A stretch of 64,000 bases of DNA from Eledone cirrhosa (Eukaryota), in assembly GCA_964016885.1 (NCBI GenBank), contig OZ024742.1:276334001-276398000 (forward strand). Direction: 5' to 3'. The notes under the pieces are model-generated. The model was not told the DNA's origin, made no database searches, and was given only the letters and a program-made list of their open reading frames with translations. Within the stretch, counting starts at the first letter, position 1. Each line of letters opens with the position of its first letter. The translations under genes and the position numbers were made by a program. This document shows, one piece after another, positions 37,416 through 51,345 of this stretch.

Positions 37416-40400
37416 TATTCTGAAAATATTTTCCACTTTTCTCCTACATCTGGGTGGTGGGTGTGCTAACCCTCGAAATTCAACATAAATTATTTACCGA
37501 GCTATGTCGGATATATGCACGAACAAAGCGGGGACAAAAAGCAATCGAGTTTATATACTTCACAAATGTGTCAAATACATTCAACGGAATGTTTCTTACA
37601 AGCATGCAAGATAGATTTGTTTTGTTGTTGAAAAGACAACGTTAAACAAAATATTCTAACTTAATAGCTTTCAAATGAGGATGCGCCGTCAGGGTCTAGA
37701 GATGTCGCAAGATTATCAGATTTACAATATCAATAATCGGCATAAGAAAATAACTAAATAAATAAAAAAAATGATTTAAAAACTTAACTACATAAATATT
37801 CGCAAACCAACGAAAGAGCCTTTACGTGGTCGCTCGACGTGCTAGAAATAGCAGCTAAATCTCAATTTTATTCTACTGCTCTGGGAAAAATGCACTAAAT
37901 AATATAGTCTTTAAAAAATGGGATAATAATAGCAAGAATGTCTTTAATCAGAATTTTGCTTTATCGGTGTTGGACAAGGAGTCGACATAAATATATAGTA
38001 AAATATATTTTAAAACTCCACCTGACAACAATAAAATATTAGGAGAGTATCTTCTAATAATTTAGAAAGAAATGGGACAAAGAGTTGGATCATAAATGAT
38101 TATTAAAAGAAATGGCAACAATGCATACTAAAGATCCTTAGAACCAACAAGCATGATACGAGACTATTTTAAACAATGTATGCTAAAGAAAAAGTTACCA
38201 ACTTTTCCAAAACATACAGTTGGTCATCTTCAAAACTATTGTTTCTTTTTTTTTTTCTTTCCTCTGTTGCTTTGCATCGGCCGTGCTTCCGATGTTCCGA
38301 CAAAGAATGAAAGATAACCATTTAAATTAATCAGCTTATTATTGATACTTATTTTAACGACTCCACACTCCACCACCGGAGAATTAAAGTATATTCAATA
38401 CAGAATATGAAGTCCTGGATTAGATATAAAGCAGGAATAATGACAATCATTTCTAAAATAGTCACAAGACAACACATTTGGTATCGGCGTATAATCGGTT
38501 GGGTTAACCTCAGTACTTCACTGATACTTATTTTATTGAATCAAAAAGGATGAAAGGCAAACAAAGATCCCACCGCAATATTTGAACTCGAAACGTAAAG
38601 GGATGTAACTAAATACTACAATGCCGATAACTCCCATTTCTAACAAAAACACAAGGCCACACATTTTAGTGATAGATATCGACTCCGGAAGAACGAGAAA
38701 CAAAATTAATCCGAAAGGAATTTGAATTTGTACTATTAATAATCAAGATAATACATTTATTGAGAGATATAGGATAAAATGTGATGTTCACGCTTTCATT
38801 AAAATCATTAAAATAGATTAAATGAAGTGAAATGGTTAATGAAGTCGAGTCACGAACTCGGTTCACCAAGAGCTACAAAGCTAAAGATTTTTATATTAGG
38901 ATCAAGGTTTCGGATTTGTGGAATTGTAATATGACGTTAATGAATTCTTCTGTAATAATATTAACTATTATTACTACCAAGACACTCCCAAACTAAATGA
39001 ATAGAAAACAATAAATATATTGATTTCTTTAAGATTGGAACTTCTTCCAAACACTAGTTATTGTTTACTTTTTTATTTTTGCTTGGATATCGAGCAAAAA
39101 TCATAGAGAAATCAATACAAACGTTTCTGATGTAAAGAGGAAATCAAAGGATAAAAGGTGAGTAACAAAAAAGCACAAAAAAAGTTGACGGAAATTAAAA
39201 AGAAAAGTAATTAGGAGTTCAAAGCTGTAAAGAAAAGGATCCACCGATAGAATGACGAGATTAGTGACTGAGCGATGAAATCCGAGAAGACAGAACCTAT
39301 AGGCCTAATTTCAATCAATACCAAATGTGGGACTCTGATTTTAATATAGTCTGTGCTTGCTACCATACCAAGACTCGGAATCTTCAGTATTTGCCAACGG
39401 ATTAGCCGAGAGACCAATCCATATATGTAGTCTTAGAGTAGCAGAATAGACAGTACCACAAACCAGAAGGGGAAAATGTGCACAGGTCGATAAACAAAAG
39501 CAAAAAATTAAGAATCATGGAACGAGCATATAAATGTATAAATATATCTTTATAATGAAGCATAAATGCAATAATATATGAAAGGAGCTAAAAAGATATA
39601 CTTGCAAATATCCCAACTCCTAACACCCAAGATCGGACAGATCAAGCGTTTAAAAAAAATAGTAACACCATTTTATATCTTTTAAGTAATTTTCACTAAT
39701 ACATTTGCTTCTTTTCTATTTTTTTAGTAGAATATTTCAGATATAGTTTCGGTAAATATATTACAAAATAATGCCATATACATAGTTAAAATTAAGACTG
39801 AAGGAAGAAATTTATTATCTATCAAATTACCGTTTTATTCAATGATATGCATTAAGTTTAATTCTACCTATGAAAAAAATTTAAGAAACACACGAAAAGA
39901 TAAAACGAAGAAAGCGATCGGAACTATCTTGTTTGCAAGGGGTCAGAAATGGAGCGCCGAAGCCATTTCTAGTAAGTTTAAGTCTGTGAATAAGTTCGTC
40001 AACTTTAAAAGTAATCTTGGAGTAAACAGAAAGAAAAAAACAAAATCATTCTCCTATATCAAGTTCATCGTTCTGCATGGTTGATACACCCCATTGACAC
40101 AAATTTTCTTTTCTTTTTTCATGAACATAATTGTTGATGTAAACTATTTTGTCAACACAAGAGTATAACATTGATCAACGAATACTGGTCAGAATTAGAA
40201 TAATTAAATTTGATAAAACAGCATATAGGCAATATTTAAATGTATTTTCTCAATAATTCACCAACCTCACGTTCTTTCCTAAAGTTTTCCTTGTAATGTA
40301 AGCATACAACAACAAAAAACAGCCTCAGAGGCCAGGATAGTCCGACTGCCAGCATATTTAGAGATCCTATCGGTTTCCCTTTTTTTTTTAAATTGGAGAT

Positions 40401-40820
40401 CTAGATAGTTATCATCACACTTTAAGAATCCTACTAGGAAATTTACTAATATATTTTATTACAGCAAAATAAACTGGAACCTCTAAATTCATTTGTTATT
40501 TTGGCTTCAGGAGATTCAAAATAAGTACTACGAAGAGTAAAAACAAAAATATTTAAACACGCATAAGGTATACCACTGCGAAACTTAGAAGCATGTTTAT
40601 ATCCATGCATGCACAAATCGAGACATGTGTGCATGGTGAGTGTTTACTAAGTTAAAGAAAGGCTAACTGGTTTATTCTAGTATCAACACGAGTTGAGTTA
40701 ATCTAATTAAACTATGTAGGCTACTTTAATATGTTTGTAACAACAACTAATATTGAAGTTTGAATCAAATCGCCATATAATACGATGTGTAAATTGAAAT
40801 GATTGGGGGTATATATATAA

Positions 40821-40924
<104 letters not shown>

Positions 40925-41320
40925 ATTATATATTTGTTTAGCTTCTCAGGAAATTTCTTAATACTACACAAGTCCGGGGCAGATATGTTGTCTGTGTAAA
41001 CAGAACATACGCAAATTGCATATAAACAAGGTAAATAACTGAGTGCCAGTTGAATGTTAGAAAATGGACAAATCACTGCAAACAAATAATGAGAGTCTAA
41101 AAATGCTTGCGTACAAATAGATTCATGACTAGTCTGTTTCTTTCGATGGCATAAGAATAAGGGGGGATGAACATAGTATATAACAAAACACATACGGACG
41201 GTGCAAGCTGCACGCACCTCTGTACTTATCAAGAGGTAGAAGAAGACTTCCTTTGATTATGTTTCTGTTAGCAGATGAAAAGTTTTTCATATAACTAATT
41301 GTAGAATGCAATCCACTTAC

Positions 41321-41405
41321 CTACTTGTTGTAGATTCAACAATATCAAAAGATACCTCCATATAATATCTAAGGTACTTGTCCGATTACTCCGATACGGC
41401 GCCAT
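41321..41405 (-). CDS. probable first coding exon of a host gene; signal-peptide-like MAPYRSNRTSTLDIIWRYLLILLNLQQV, phase-1 intron; product unidentified
   Basis: AAGATGGCG start context, 85-nt open frame with a hydrophobic core, and a perfect AG|GTAAGT donor at 41315-41320. Confidence 0.65.
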
Positions 41406-41445
41406 CTTTCCCTCACGTACATGACCGCTTGTGACGTCAGAGGTG
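41400..41445 (-). promoter_or_regulatory. core promoter with full CRE (TGACGTCA, 41432-41439) and YY1-like AAGATGGCG over the start codon
   Basis: Motifs seen directly, within a CpG-retaining region. Confidence 0.55.
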
Positions 41446-42404
41446 ATATATAGCCTCTAACCCAGCAGCAAAGCACTTGGTTAGTGACACACCGCAACCA
41501 TCTTTAAATGCCTCTCTAGCTATCGCTCCACTGATTTATTGTCTTATTAAATCAATCAAATTCATTTGATTGCAATTAATCAAATTTAAAAATAAAAATG
41601 GAAGAACTATTTCCTTGTTTATCTTCCTCGTTCGATCACACATATATATGTTGTGTGTGTGTGTCAATACGCTCATACTTGTAGGAAGGGGTGTTCTCTC
41701 TTTATAGAATACTGTACAAAACTTTATGCTCCAAATCTTGATATACCTCTTTTTAGTCTATCTACTTGTTATGGTGCCTATCTTTATACCAGTTAACGTC
41801 TATTCTTTTTATGTGTGTTTTTAATATATATATTAATAAATACAAGCGACTGATAATGTTCCGTAAACTTCCAGTTATCCAAACATTAAATTAATTACTT
41901 AAATAGTTTCATCTTTATTCTTCAAAATTTTAATAGTAATTTTCTTCCCATGTTTCAAAGTAATTTTTTTTCTTTTCATATTTAAATTGTTTAACAGAAG
42001 AAAAGTATTTCTCCCACCTTAAATCACATTTCCATTGTTTAACTTATTACTTTCTTACATTCAGAACTGAAATATTTAAATAAAAGTAAAAACCATGTAC
42101 AGGTATAATGTGCGTGCGCGCACGTACTTATGTGCCTGTGTACAAATACTAATTTATTTATCAAAGGGGCTCTTCATAACATCACTTCACATATGAATTG
42201 AAATAGACAACTGCAAGCTCTGCGAATCAATATATAAATATTCAATCAATTAAAGAACAGAGAATAATAACTTGAGGTAATGATGAGGAACTCAAAGAAT
42301 AAGACCTCATTCATGTATTGTTTAAATATTCATTATATATATTATATATAATATATATCGACAATGATGATGATTATATATATATATATGTGTATGTGTT
42401 TTCA

Positions 42405-42712
42405 TCATCATCATCACCATTGTCGTTTTAACGTCCGCTTTCCCTGCTAGTAAGTCCGAAACGGAGCCACTGATCTCCCAGGCAGGCCAGCGACCTGTAC
42501 ACTTATGTACGGTCTCACGTTCCATCAAGTGCTCAGGAGAGGTTGTCATGCCTTTGACACGGCTGAAGGGTCCCCCTAACCCTTTGTCTCGAAAGTTTTC
42601 TATGGTTGGTACCCTTCCTATCACCAACCACTTTACAGTATTACTGAGTGCATTTATCGTGTAGATCGCTAACACTAGGGAAGCTGCCATGTCCACGACA
42701 GAAGGGTCCTCT
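42405..42712 (-). mobile_element. non-autonomous RTE-derived element
   Basis: Homologous to 3193-3520; (CAT)n tail with TTTAACGTCCGC. Confidence 0.7.
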
Positions 42713-43961
42713 TGAATCTATATATATATACACATATAATCAGTTACAATACTGACAGGTATATGCGAGTAGGGAAAACAGATGTGTGTGTAGCAAGCAT
42801 AAATAAGATAATTAATACTACTTTGGAGTATATATATGAAAGGTCTAGAAGAACAAACACTCACCAACAGAGGCATACTAGAGTATGGTACATGCCATGG
42901 GTGCCACTTGGACTGGACCACTTTCTATTAAAATCAGGTAAGCTATCGTTGGAGAGTGAAAAAAGAAACTTCTTCAGATGTATGGTCTGTTTTTTATATG
43001 GAAGCTGATCATTTAACCATTTGTATAAATTATTAGGTCCATACATAAAAATACAGTGCTGGGAAATACATGACCATATAGACATACACCGAGTATGAAA
43101 TGTCAAATATTTTATAGGGTCTAATATTTATCAAAGATTAGTATTACACAGATCTCTCCCTTTAAATATTCCAATACTTTTACAAATGCTTCATGTAATC
43201 TTAGGCTTACCTGTAGAACAAATGAAAATACAGTTTAATACCCTAAACCCTCATTTATTTAAATTGTGCTATCAATCCCATGGTCTAACAACTGCTATAT
43301 AGCTTGCCGCAAGGGCAGGGACACAATTTTACTGCTTGCCATAGGCACTATTTTTCCTAGTCCTTCAGCTCAACAATGGATATTAAAGAAAAGATACATT
43401 GAGTAATAACAGATCTCACCTGGTGATTGCTGTGACATGAAACTTGAATCATAAGAAAGGAATACAGTTTAAACTAACCATCTACTTATTTTAAAGCATT
43501 CATTGACAAAAAGTAACACTGAACAAATTATATAATCCTCATCATCATTACCATCATCATCATTATCGTGATTGTCATCATTTAACATCAACTTTTTCAT
43601 GCCAGTAACAAATACACTATCTTAAAAGTAATATGTTCATGCTATCATATACATATTTGTCTAATATGTTTATATACGTATGTGTGTACATAATATATCT
43701 ATATACATGTGTGTGTGTAATATGCTTATATGCATGTGTGTGTGTGTGTATAAGGAGAACATTACCAGATCTATAAAAAGCAAGCAACAAGTTGAGAAGT
43801 TGATGGTTCATATAATGTTAATGGTACTTGTATCTGTGGTCCAAAACACTTAACTTTCAATGACCATAACAACATAGCTCTAAGTAGATACTTCAAAGTG
43901 ATATATTTCACTACTTTAAACAATTGTTATTACTGCATTAGATCGCAGTTATATGCTTAAC

Positions 43962-44380
43962 TCATCATCATCACTTTACATCTGCTGTTCCACACTTGCA
44001 TGGGTTGGACAGGTCCTTCTCAGTACAGCGTCTTTCCACTTGTCATGTTCCTTTGTCATCTCTCCTCTGTCAATTTCAGATCAGCTCTCACTATTTCTGT
44101 TGAGGTTTCTCTTCGTCTTCCTCTACTGTATCTTCACTCCACTGAGATCACTTGGCACTTCTTCACCAAGGAACCAGCATCCATACACATCACATGTCCA
44201 TACCAGCACTATCTCTTCTCTTGTACACTACATCTGATTCCTCTTATACTCAGTTTCTCTCTTAGTTCATCCATGGTTTGCCATTCTCACACACTAACAT
44301 TGTACATACGTTGAAGCATAATTGCTTTATTTCTCTCCAGTCTTCACCTGTCCTCCTCATTCAAATGCCCATGTTTCACT
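43962..44380 (-). mobile_element. RTE LINE 3' relic
   Basis: Reverse WYGHVM and ETWA motifs with a CATCAT tail. Confidence 0.75.
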
Positions 44381-44599
44381 AACCGTACCTATGGCAATAA
44401 ACTCCCTTCTTCAGGTGAACTAGAATTTGGTATTAGGCCAAAACCCATCCATCAAAGAACATACAATGTAGTAGAAACCAAAGTATATTAATATATGTTT
44501 ATATGTGCAAGTATTTGTCAATGTATATGTAAGTGGATACACACACACATATATATATATTTACTCAGCTGTAGAAATGAGATGATAGGGACTGGGGTC

Positions 44600-44790
44600 C
44601 ATATCATTCCACTGCAAAGTGGTCGTGCAGGTGACACGGCAAAAAACACCCAGCACTCACTGTAAATGAGGTTGGTGTTAGGAAGGGCATCCAGCTGTAG
44701 AAATCAAGCCAAAAATCAGTTCCCGTCCCACCCTTGCAAGCAGGGAAAAAGCGGACGTAAAATGAAATGATGATGAAATGAAATGATGAT
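44600..44790 (+). mobile_element. bipartite non-autonomous RTE (5'-UTR piece fused to 3' tip)
   Basis: GGTGTTAGGAAGGGCATCC (as in the 5' UTR at 15383) joined to CCCGTCCCACCCTTGCAAG...GCGGACGTAAAATGA (as at 18480-18517). Confidence 0.75.
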
Positions 44791-45072
44791 AGAGAGATTT
44801 TCTTTCTCCCCCCCCCCTCTCCCTCTCCCTCTTTACATATATATATGTATATATATATATAGGATAACAAGGTATCATTTAAGGTAATTCAGCTAGAGGT
44901 TATGAGTACTCTGTGTCGAGGATAGTTTTAACGTACAGCGTTGTTTGATTCAACAAGAAGTTTCCTTAGTCGGGTGGCCAGTTTAAGAAAGTTCCTAGGT
45001 AGGAGGTTCTTGGAGTAATAAAAGCAAAAGAATGAAGAATAACATGGTCAGCTGTACAATACGATTTATTTA

Positions 45073-45168
45073 CAGTATTAACAATTGTTTCATTGGTCCA
45101 ATGTATCTAAAAGTCGCTGATCATTAGAAGTTACACAGTCGGTACCTGACCAAATCATCAGAATACTG
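45073..45168 (-). ncRNA. type-I hammerhead ribozyme motif in a Penelope-like fragment (about 44862-45270)
   Basis: Minus strand: CAGTATT CTGATGA T TTGGTC...GACCAA T GAAAC AATT GTT AATACTG, then AATAAA. 7-bp stem I; palindromic stem III AACAATTGTT; GUU triplet. Confidence 0.75.
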
Positions 45169-45284
45169 ATATGTTGACATGATACAGTGTGCTAGTATTT
45201 ATAGATACATGGGAAAATAACATAAATGAAAACAATAATAATAATAATAAGATTAATGATAATAATAATTGTGATATATATATA

Positions 45285-45785
45285 TGTACAGCCACCAGAA
45301 ATAACATCTGTGAAATATACAGCGCCATCTACCTGTTAGCTAGCTACCTCAACGTGAAACAAAAGAACCCTTAAAACCTACCAGAATAAACGCCTACACA
45401 TCGGCTAAACATCAAACGATTATTTCTGTATAAACAGAGTGGTTCCAAACACTTCAGCAGTCGACATTTGGCAGAGTCAGCTAGCGCATCGTTGTTCCTC
45501 TCCTCTGCCACGCTTTGTCACTCACACACGCCTTGTACCTCGTATCGTCGCTTCATGTGAAAATAAATAGCTGATCGAATTTACATCTCGCCTTGCTTCG
45601 TCCTTTCAACTTGTGCTTTCGTCTGTCCATCCTCAACAGTTCTTTTAAGAGCTTTTAATGCGACAACAGTCCTTTTAAGGGCTATCTTCAGATCTGATCA
45701 GACCGTATGCGATAAGTATCCTTCTAAGGGCTATTCTCGGATCTGATCAGAAGTAGTGACTAGACTGACTAACCACGTCGCTACA
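45285..45785 (+). mobile_element. probable solo LTR
   Basis: TGTA...TACA termini in TATA context, TATA-like box at about 45428, AATAAA at about 45562, internal 26-bp repeat, CpG retained. Confidence 0.5.
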
Positions 45786-46109
45786 TATATATATGTATAT
45801 ATATATCACTATTTTATGTCAATTTTCCATGCTTACATGGGTTAAACAGGTCATCACATTCTGAGGTTAAACAGGTCAGATGACTATATATCAGTCATAT
45901 GTTCCATTCAGGCATGTTGCTGTTGTTGTTGTCAGTAATGACCAAACAAACCTATAAACAAAGCATTCTAGCCAAGACCTTCCTATCCTTTTTGTTTTTA
46001 GATGTGTATCCATGACTACCTCATTCTATGTGCCCCTCCTTCTTGTTATTTAGCCCCACATCAGTACTGATCAAGCATAACTATATTCAAATTCATCTTA
46101 GTTTACTTG

Positions 46110-46510
46110 CACTGTCAATTCTCCACTCAACATCTCTGTACATGGCTTGCACTGCTCTCACAAGCCATTCATCCATGTCTAGTTTTCTTAAAGACAATCA
46201 GACTATAGAAGATGGTGCCCTGTCAAAGGCTGTCTCCCAATCAACGAATGTTGGCTTATTTCAGCTAAAAGTTTTTCTTGCTGTTGTCTCACCTAGAAAA
46301 GGACATTGGCAGTACTCTGTATTGGGACAAATACAAACTGCATATCATCTAATATCATTCTATTCATCATCAGTGATCCTAAAACACTTTGTGTTACTTT
46401 CATAACTTGATACATCAGTTTGATGCTTCTGTAGTTATTCCTTTGTTCCCTTGTGAGTAGTTAATGAGTGTACAGATTCAATCATTGGATATTACACCAT
46501 CATGTGTTAC
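46110..46510 (-). mobile_element. old RTE RT relic
   Basis: Reverse DDMQFVF and FVDWETAFDR motifs. Confidence 0.6.
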
Positions 46511-46694
46511 TTACTATATTTCTTCTGGGCATCCATAAAGCTAAGTGCACCAGAGTCAGTTTCCACACTCTCATTCTCTATATTGCCTACACATGTACAC
46601 ACACATACATACGTATGTGTGTGTGTGTGTGCTAGTGCTGTGAAAAACCAGTATGCAATTTCAAACTTATATATATATATATATTATCAGTTTG

Positions 46695-46995
46695 AAGGCA
46701 CATAGCTTAGGGCCATCACCTTATGATTGTAAGGTCGTGAGTTTGATTCCCAGCAACACATTATTTCCTTGAGAAAGTTATTTTATTTTAAATTATTCCA
46801 GTTCACTCAGCTGGCAAAAATGAGTTGTTCTTATAATTCAAAGGAGCAGCCTTATCACACACTATGTCATATTGAATCTCCCATGGAATTACGTTAAGGG
46901 TTTACATGTCTATAGAATACTCAGCTACTTGCATGTTAATTTCACATGCAGGCTGTTCCATTTTTTGAACAAGTGGATTATTCATTGTCAGAACT
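46695..46995 (+). mobile_element. tRNA-derived SINE (second family)
   Basis: B-box-like GAGTTTGATTCCC; body homologous to 58118-58425. Confidence 0.65.
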
Positions 46996-47357
46996 AATGA
47001 ATATCTAGATATATACAAGTGGCAACAGCAGCACTTGGGCTACCAAGACAAGTGGCTCAACAGTCAAATCTATCTATTTCAAGGTTTTAAAAAATATCTT
47101 GAAATAATGTATATTCTTATCTTGTAATTTGTGCTCTGGCTCAAATCCTGAATGGTTTTAATTCCATATTTTCCAATGAAAATATAGCTTTCTTTCAACT
47201 ATATAAATGTTATATGATCAAAATAAAATTCCCATCAAAATTCTTGGGCCAGAAAATTTCTACCTGGTAAATTTAACAAGCTGTCACTATTTCCTAAAGA
47301 AAAAATATAGCTTTGTTTATTCTTTAAAGATATTACATTAACAAATATATATATATA

Positions 47358-47401
<44 letters not shown>

Positions 47402-48244
47402 TAAAACATTTCCCAATGCGATGCTGAATGGTTGTATGTCATTATAAAATATTTGCTTCAACCAAAATATCTTCACTAATAATATCATATATTATATATT
47501 TCTTAGAAGACAGCAACATAACTCAAGCATTGCCTCTGCCATAAATATCATACTTTGCTTGAGCTTTTTTATCTGAATAGATTTTCTATTGCAGTGTCTG
47601 TTCCATGCAAATGCACTGCTGATTCCACAATGGAAAAGCCTTTCAAATGATTTTATTAAAGAAATGCATTGAACATTAAGTAAAAAATACTTCTTGTGTC
47701 TTTTCAGATAATTATAGCTATAGCTTGCCCTGTTACTGTTTGTTAAACAGGTGTAAATAAGTTATAGGTGGTTTGATTACCGTTTAGTACATACCTTTTG
47801 ATCTTATTTCCCTACAACTTTCTTAATAATGCATGTTTTTTAACAGAATTTTTCAGAGATACATTTTTGAAGGTGTAGAATGTTATGAAATCAATTTTTT
47901 AATGCAATTCTTAGTTGTCAAAATGTCATTGTGTTCCTATTCTTACACCATATAGGTCATATATAATAGCTAACATATTCAAAATATCTCAATAAACCAT
48001 TCAAAATCATTTGTTGAAATTGGATTTTGTTTCAGATGAATGTTAGATAGCAGATTTTAAAAATGAATCAGATTGGTTGTCAGTCCTACAGGTCAAAGAT
48101 TTTCAGATTTGTTTTTTTATTAAATTCTACCCTATAAAAACATATAGTTGAGTTGATCTTATCAAGTAATTGTGCTGCATGATGATGATGATGAGGAGGT
48201 GATTGTGGTAATGGTAATATTAATATCCAAAAACATGAGTTAGA

Positions 48245-48620
48245 AACCCTCATGGTGCCCCTTCCTCAGATGGACTGCTGATGTTCCGATCTTGCAGAGG
48301 AGCTCAACAGTACGGGGTACGAGTACGCCTGAGGTCACAACGGTGACTAATGCAATGAGGAAGGGAAGGGCAAGGGCTCCAGGGTCTCAGTAGAATTGGG
48401 GGGAAAGGGGGATGGATCCCGAGCATAGGGTTCAGCAGTGTTGGGGCTGCGCTCTGCGGACTAGACCGCAAAAGCATTTCCGCGGATAATGACCAGCAAC
48501 AGCCACCCCACCTCATGGGGCTCCTTCCTCAGACAGGCTTCTGATGTTCCAATCTTGTGGAGGAGCTCCGCAGTATTGGGTCCAAGTATGCCTGAGGTCT
48601 CGATGGTGACCGACGCGAAG
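48245..48620 (-). mobile_element. two CRE-clade LINE 3' fragments
   Basis: Reverse homologues of 51160-51345 (VTIETSGILGPNTAELL). Confidence 0.6.
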
Positions 48621-48744
48621 GGGAAGCAGCCAGACAATACCCAGTATTTGTCTTCCTTTCCTCTACATTGCAGGCCACAGTACTATTTTAATTATATAAT
48701 TTTGAGGGATTTACAAAAATTATTAATTATTTCATTACTTAAAT

Positions 48745-48935
48745 AATTGTTTCTATTTTTTGACACAAGGGCAGCAATTACCCCAGTACATTACTAGAGC
48801 TTTATTTTATTGACCCCGTAAGGATGAAAGGCAAAGTTAACCTCGGCAGGATTTGAACTCAGAACGTAAAGGGCCATAACTCTATGTTGCAAAGCATGGT
48901 GTCTGATGCTCTACTGATACTGCCAATCCATGAAC
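48745..48935 (-). mobile_element. tRNA-derived SINE (same family as 27300-28402)
   Basis: Clear homology to 27300-27490. Confidence 0.8.
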
Positions 48936-49594
48936 CATACTTAAATAATAACTTAACATTTGGTTCATATATAAAACATGTTCAAAGATTTTAATTACAA
49001 AGAGAGTAACTTAATGGTTCTAAAAAAATTGTGCTGGGAGATTTAAATTTAAATAGGAACCCCTAAAAATGGGTGGTTTTGTATTTTTGTTTTGGTTGGT
49101 ATCAAAAGGGGTTAATGTTTACTTTAAGAATTACACCATGGGAGCACTTATTTTACATTGTAAAGTTATTAGACTTTGCAATTATGCAGCTAGATATATA
49201 GTTATATAGTATTGAGAAGGTGGTAGTGGTGGTGGTGGTGAGGAGGAGGAAGGATGGAGACTAGATTCAGCAAACACAACAAAGATAAAGTATAGAAAAC
49301 AATAACAAAAGAAAAGACAAGTGCACCAAGGTTTAGTTCAGAGGAGTAAAGACTATTGTAAAAGAATTTGATAGCTTTTCTTTACAATTAATAATATACC
49401 TATATGAGTGGGCCAGTGCCATTAATAATGACAGCAATAATATTGGAGTCTAAGATTGGTATGCTATATATACCAGGAATACTGGATATATAGGAAGAAC
49501 ATACTAACTAGGAAATTTGTGTTTTGATAAATTTTGGTTTGCATTACTGATATGTAGAAAAAATTAAAGATACAAATGATATTTCAATAATATA

Positions 49595-49682
49595 CAGGGT
49601 GTCCCCCAAAAATATATACTCACTTTAATTACTTGTGCAAGCAATATTTATTAGAATGTGTATACATGTTTTGGGGACACTG
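49595..49682. mobile_element. very short Tc1/mariner MITE
   Basis: TA|CAGGGTGTCCCCCAAAA...TTTTGGGGACACTG|TA. Confidence 0.65.
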
Positions 49683-49877
49683 TATTTTTAGGATATAATT
49701 ATATATAATATATAATATAAATATTCATAATTTTTGTACAAATGACTTACAGAATACACCATTGATAAAATAACTAGTTACAAAGACAACTGTAGGAATA
49801 GAGCCCAGGATATTGTGACAGGAAAATAAATTTCTTATTGTAGCAACATGACTGACATAGGAATTGAATTATTTGTA

Positions 49878-51102
49878 TGAGAGTCAGCTAAAAAGCTCAT
49901 AGACTGACCAAAGATACTCTCATGGAATGTGACCAAATGAGATTCCTTTTTCAACATAGTCCCCCTTGCAGTCCACACACTTCTGCCATTGTTGTTGCAG
50001 TTCTTGGATCCCATTGAAGAAGAAACTTTCATGCTGTTGGTAAAAAAAGTCATCAACAGCAGATACATCATCATCACAGCGATATTGGTTCCCAGCCAAG
50101 TGTTGTTCATGTTGAGGAGTAGATGATAGTCAAATGGGGCAAAATGAGGAGAATAGGGAGGGTGATCAACCAGTTCAAAGCCACAATCCTGTGCTGCAGC
50201 ATTGTCCTGATGAAACAAGACCCTTTTCATCAGTTTTCCTGGGTGTTTGCTCTTGATAGCCTTTCATAACTGCCTCAGCAATTTTGCATAGTACTCTCCA
50301 TTGATGGTGTGGCTCTTTTGAAGATAAACACAATGCTTTTTGCATCCCTAAAAACCAAGGCAATCCCCTTCCCTGCAGAAGAAACAATATGGGCCTTCTT
50401 TAGAGCAGGTGAGAAGGGATGTTTCCAGTGTATGTATTATCTCTTTGTCTTTGGTTCAAAAGGATGAACCCAACACTCAGCTAGATCTGCCTCAAACAAT
50501 GTCAGATTTTCTCGTGAATGTGATCAACCTGATGTGCTTTTGATCAGGTGCCAGAAGAGGTGGCACCCATCTAGCGTAAACCTTCATCATGCCAAGTTCC
50601 TTGTGCAGAATATTCTCAAATCTCTCATGGGATATGTTAATGGTTATTTGATTTATAGCCAATTGCCTGTTATCCATCACCATATGGCGAACATGATCAA
50701 AGTTTTCCTTGCTGGTGGCAGTTGCAGAATGTCCAGACCTTGGGTCATCTTCAAGACTCTCTCTTCCCCTCTTAAATTCAACTGCCCAATTTTTCACTGT
50801 TGATAAAGCTGGAGCATCATCCCCTAATGTAACAACCATGTCAGCATGAATGTCCTTGGAGGCTAAATCCTTTTTCTGTAGGTACTTGATAATACCACAA
50901 TGCCAAATTTTGTCCATTTTCAAGAGAAGTCACTACCAGTTACATTTGATCTCTTCTTTGAACAGTCAGGTGTCAGTTTACCTGGAAAGAAACAATGCAG
51001 TTATTAATAAAAAAAAAAGAGTTGAAATTAATGCATGCAAGATTTCACAGCTCTAGCATCACTCCTTCATAGTCAGCCTATGAACTTTTCAATTCACACT
51101 CA
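49878..51102 (-). mobile_element. decayed mariner transposon with transposase pseudogene
   Basis: TA TSD and imperfect ~30-bp TIRs. ORF pieces show an HTH region (TVKNWAVEFKRGRESLEDDPRSG), WVPPLL, FHQDNA and HPPYSPHFAPFDYHL, matching the WVPHEL and YSPDLAPSD mariner motifs. Frameshifted. Confidence 0.9.
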
Positions 51103-51159
51103 TATGTGTCAATTTTAAAGAGTTACTGATGGTTGATATGTGTAACTATTAGGTGTTTA

Positions 51160-51345
51160 ATTCAAGTTGCCATTGTGACCTCAGGCGTACTTGGGCCCCA
51201 TACAGCCGAGCTCCTCTGCAAGATCGGAACATCTGAGGCCCGTCTGAAGAGGGAGTCCTGCGATGTTGGGTGGTTATTGCAGCGGGTGTCACTGGCCATT
51301 GTCCATGAAAATGCTTTTGCAGTCTTGTCCGCGGAGCACAGCCCG
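51160..51345 (+). mobile_element. CRE-clade LINE 3' fragment
   Basis: VAIVTSGVLGPHTAELLCKIG...WLLQRVSLAIVHENAFAVLSA. Confidence 0.65.
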
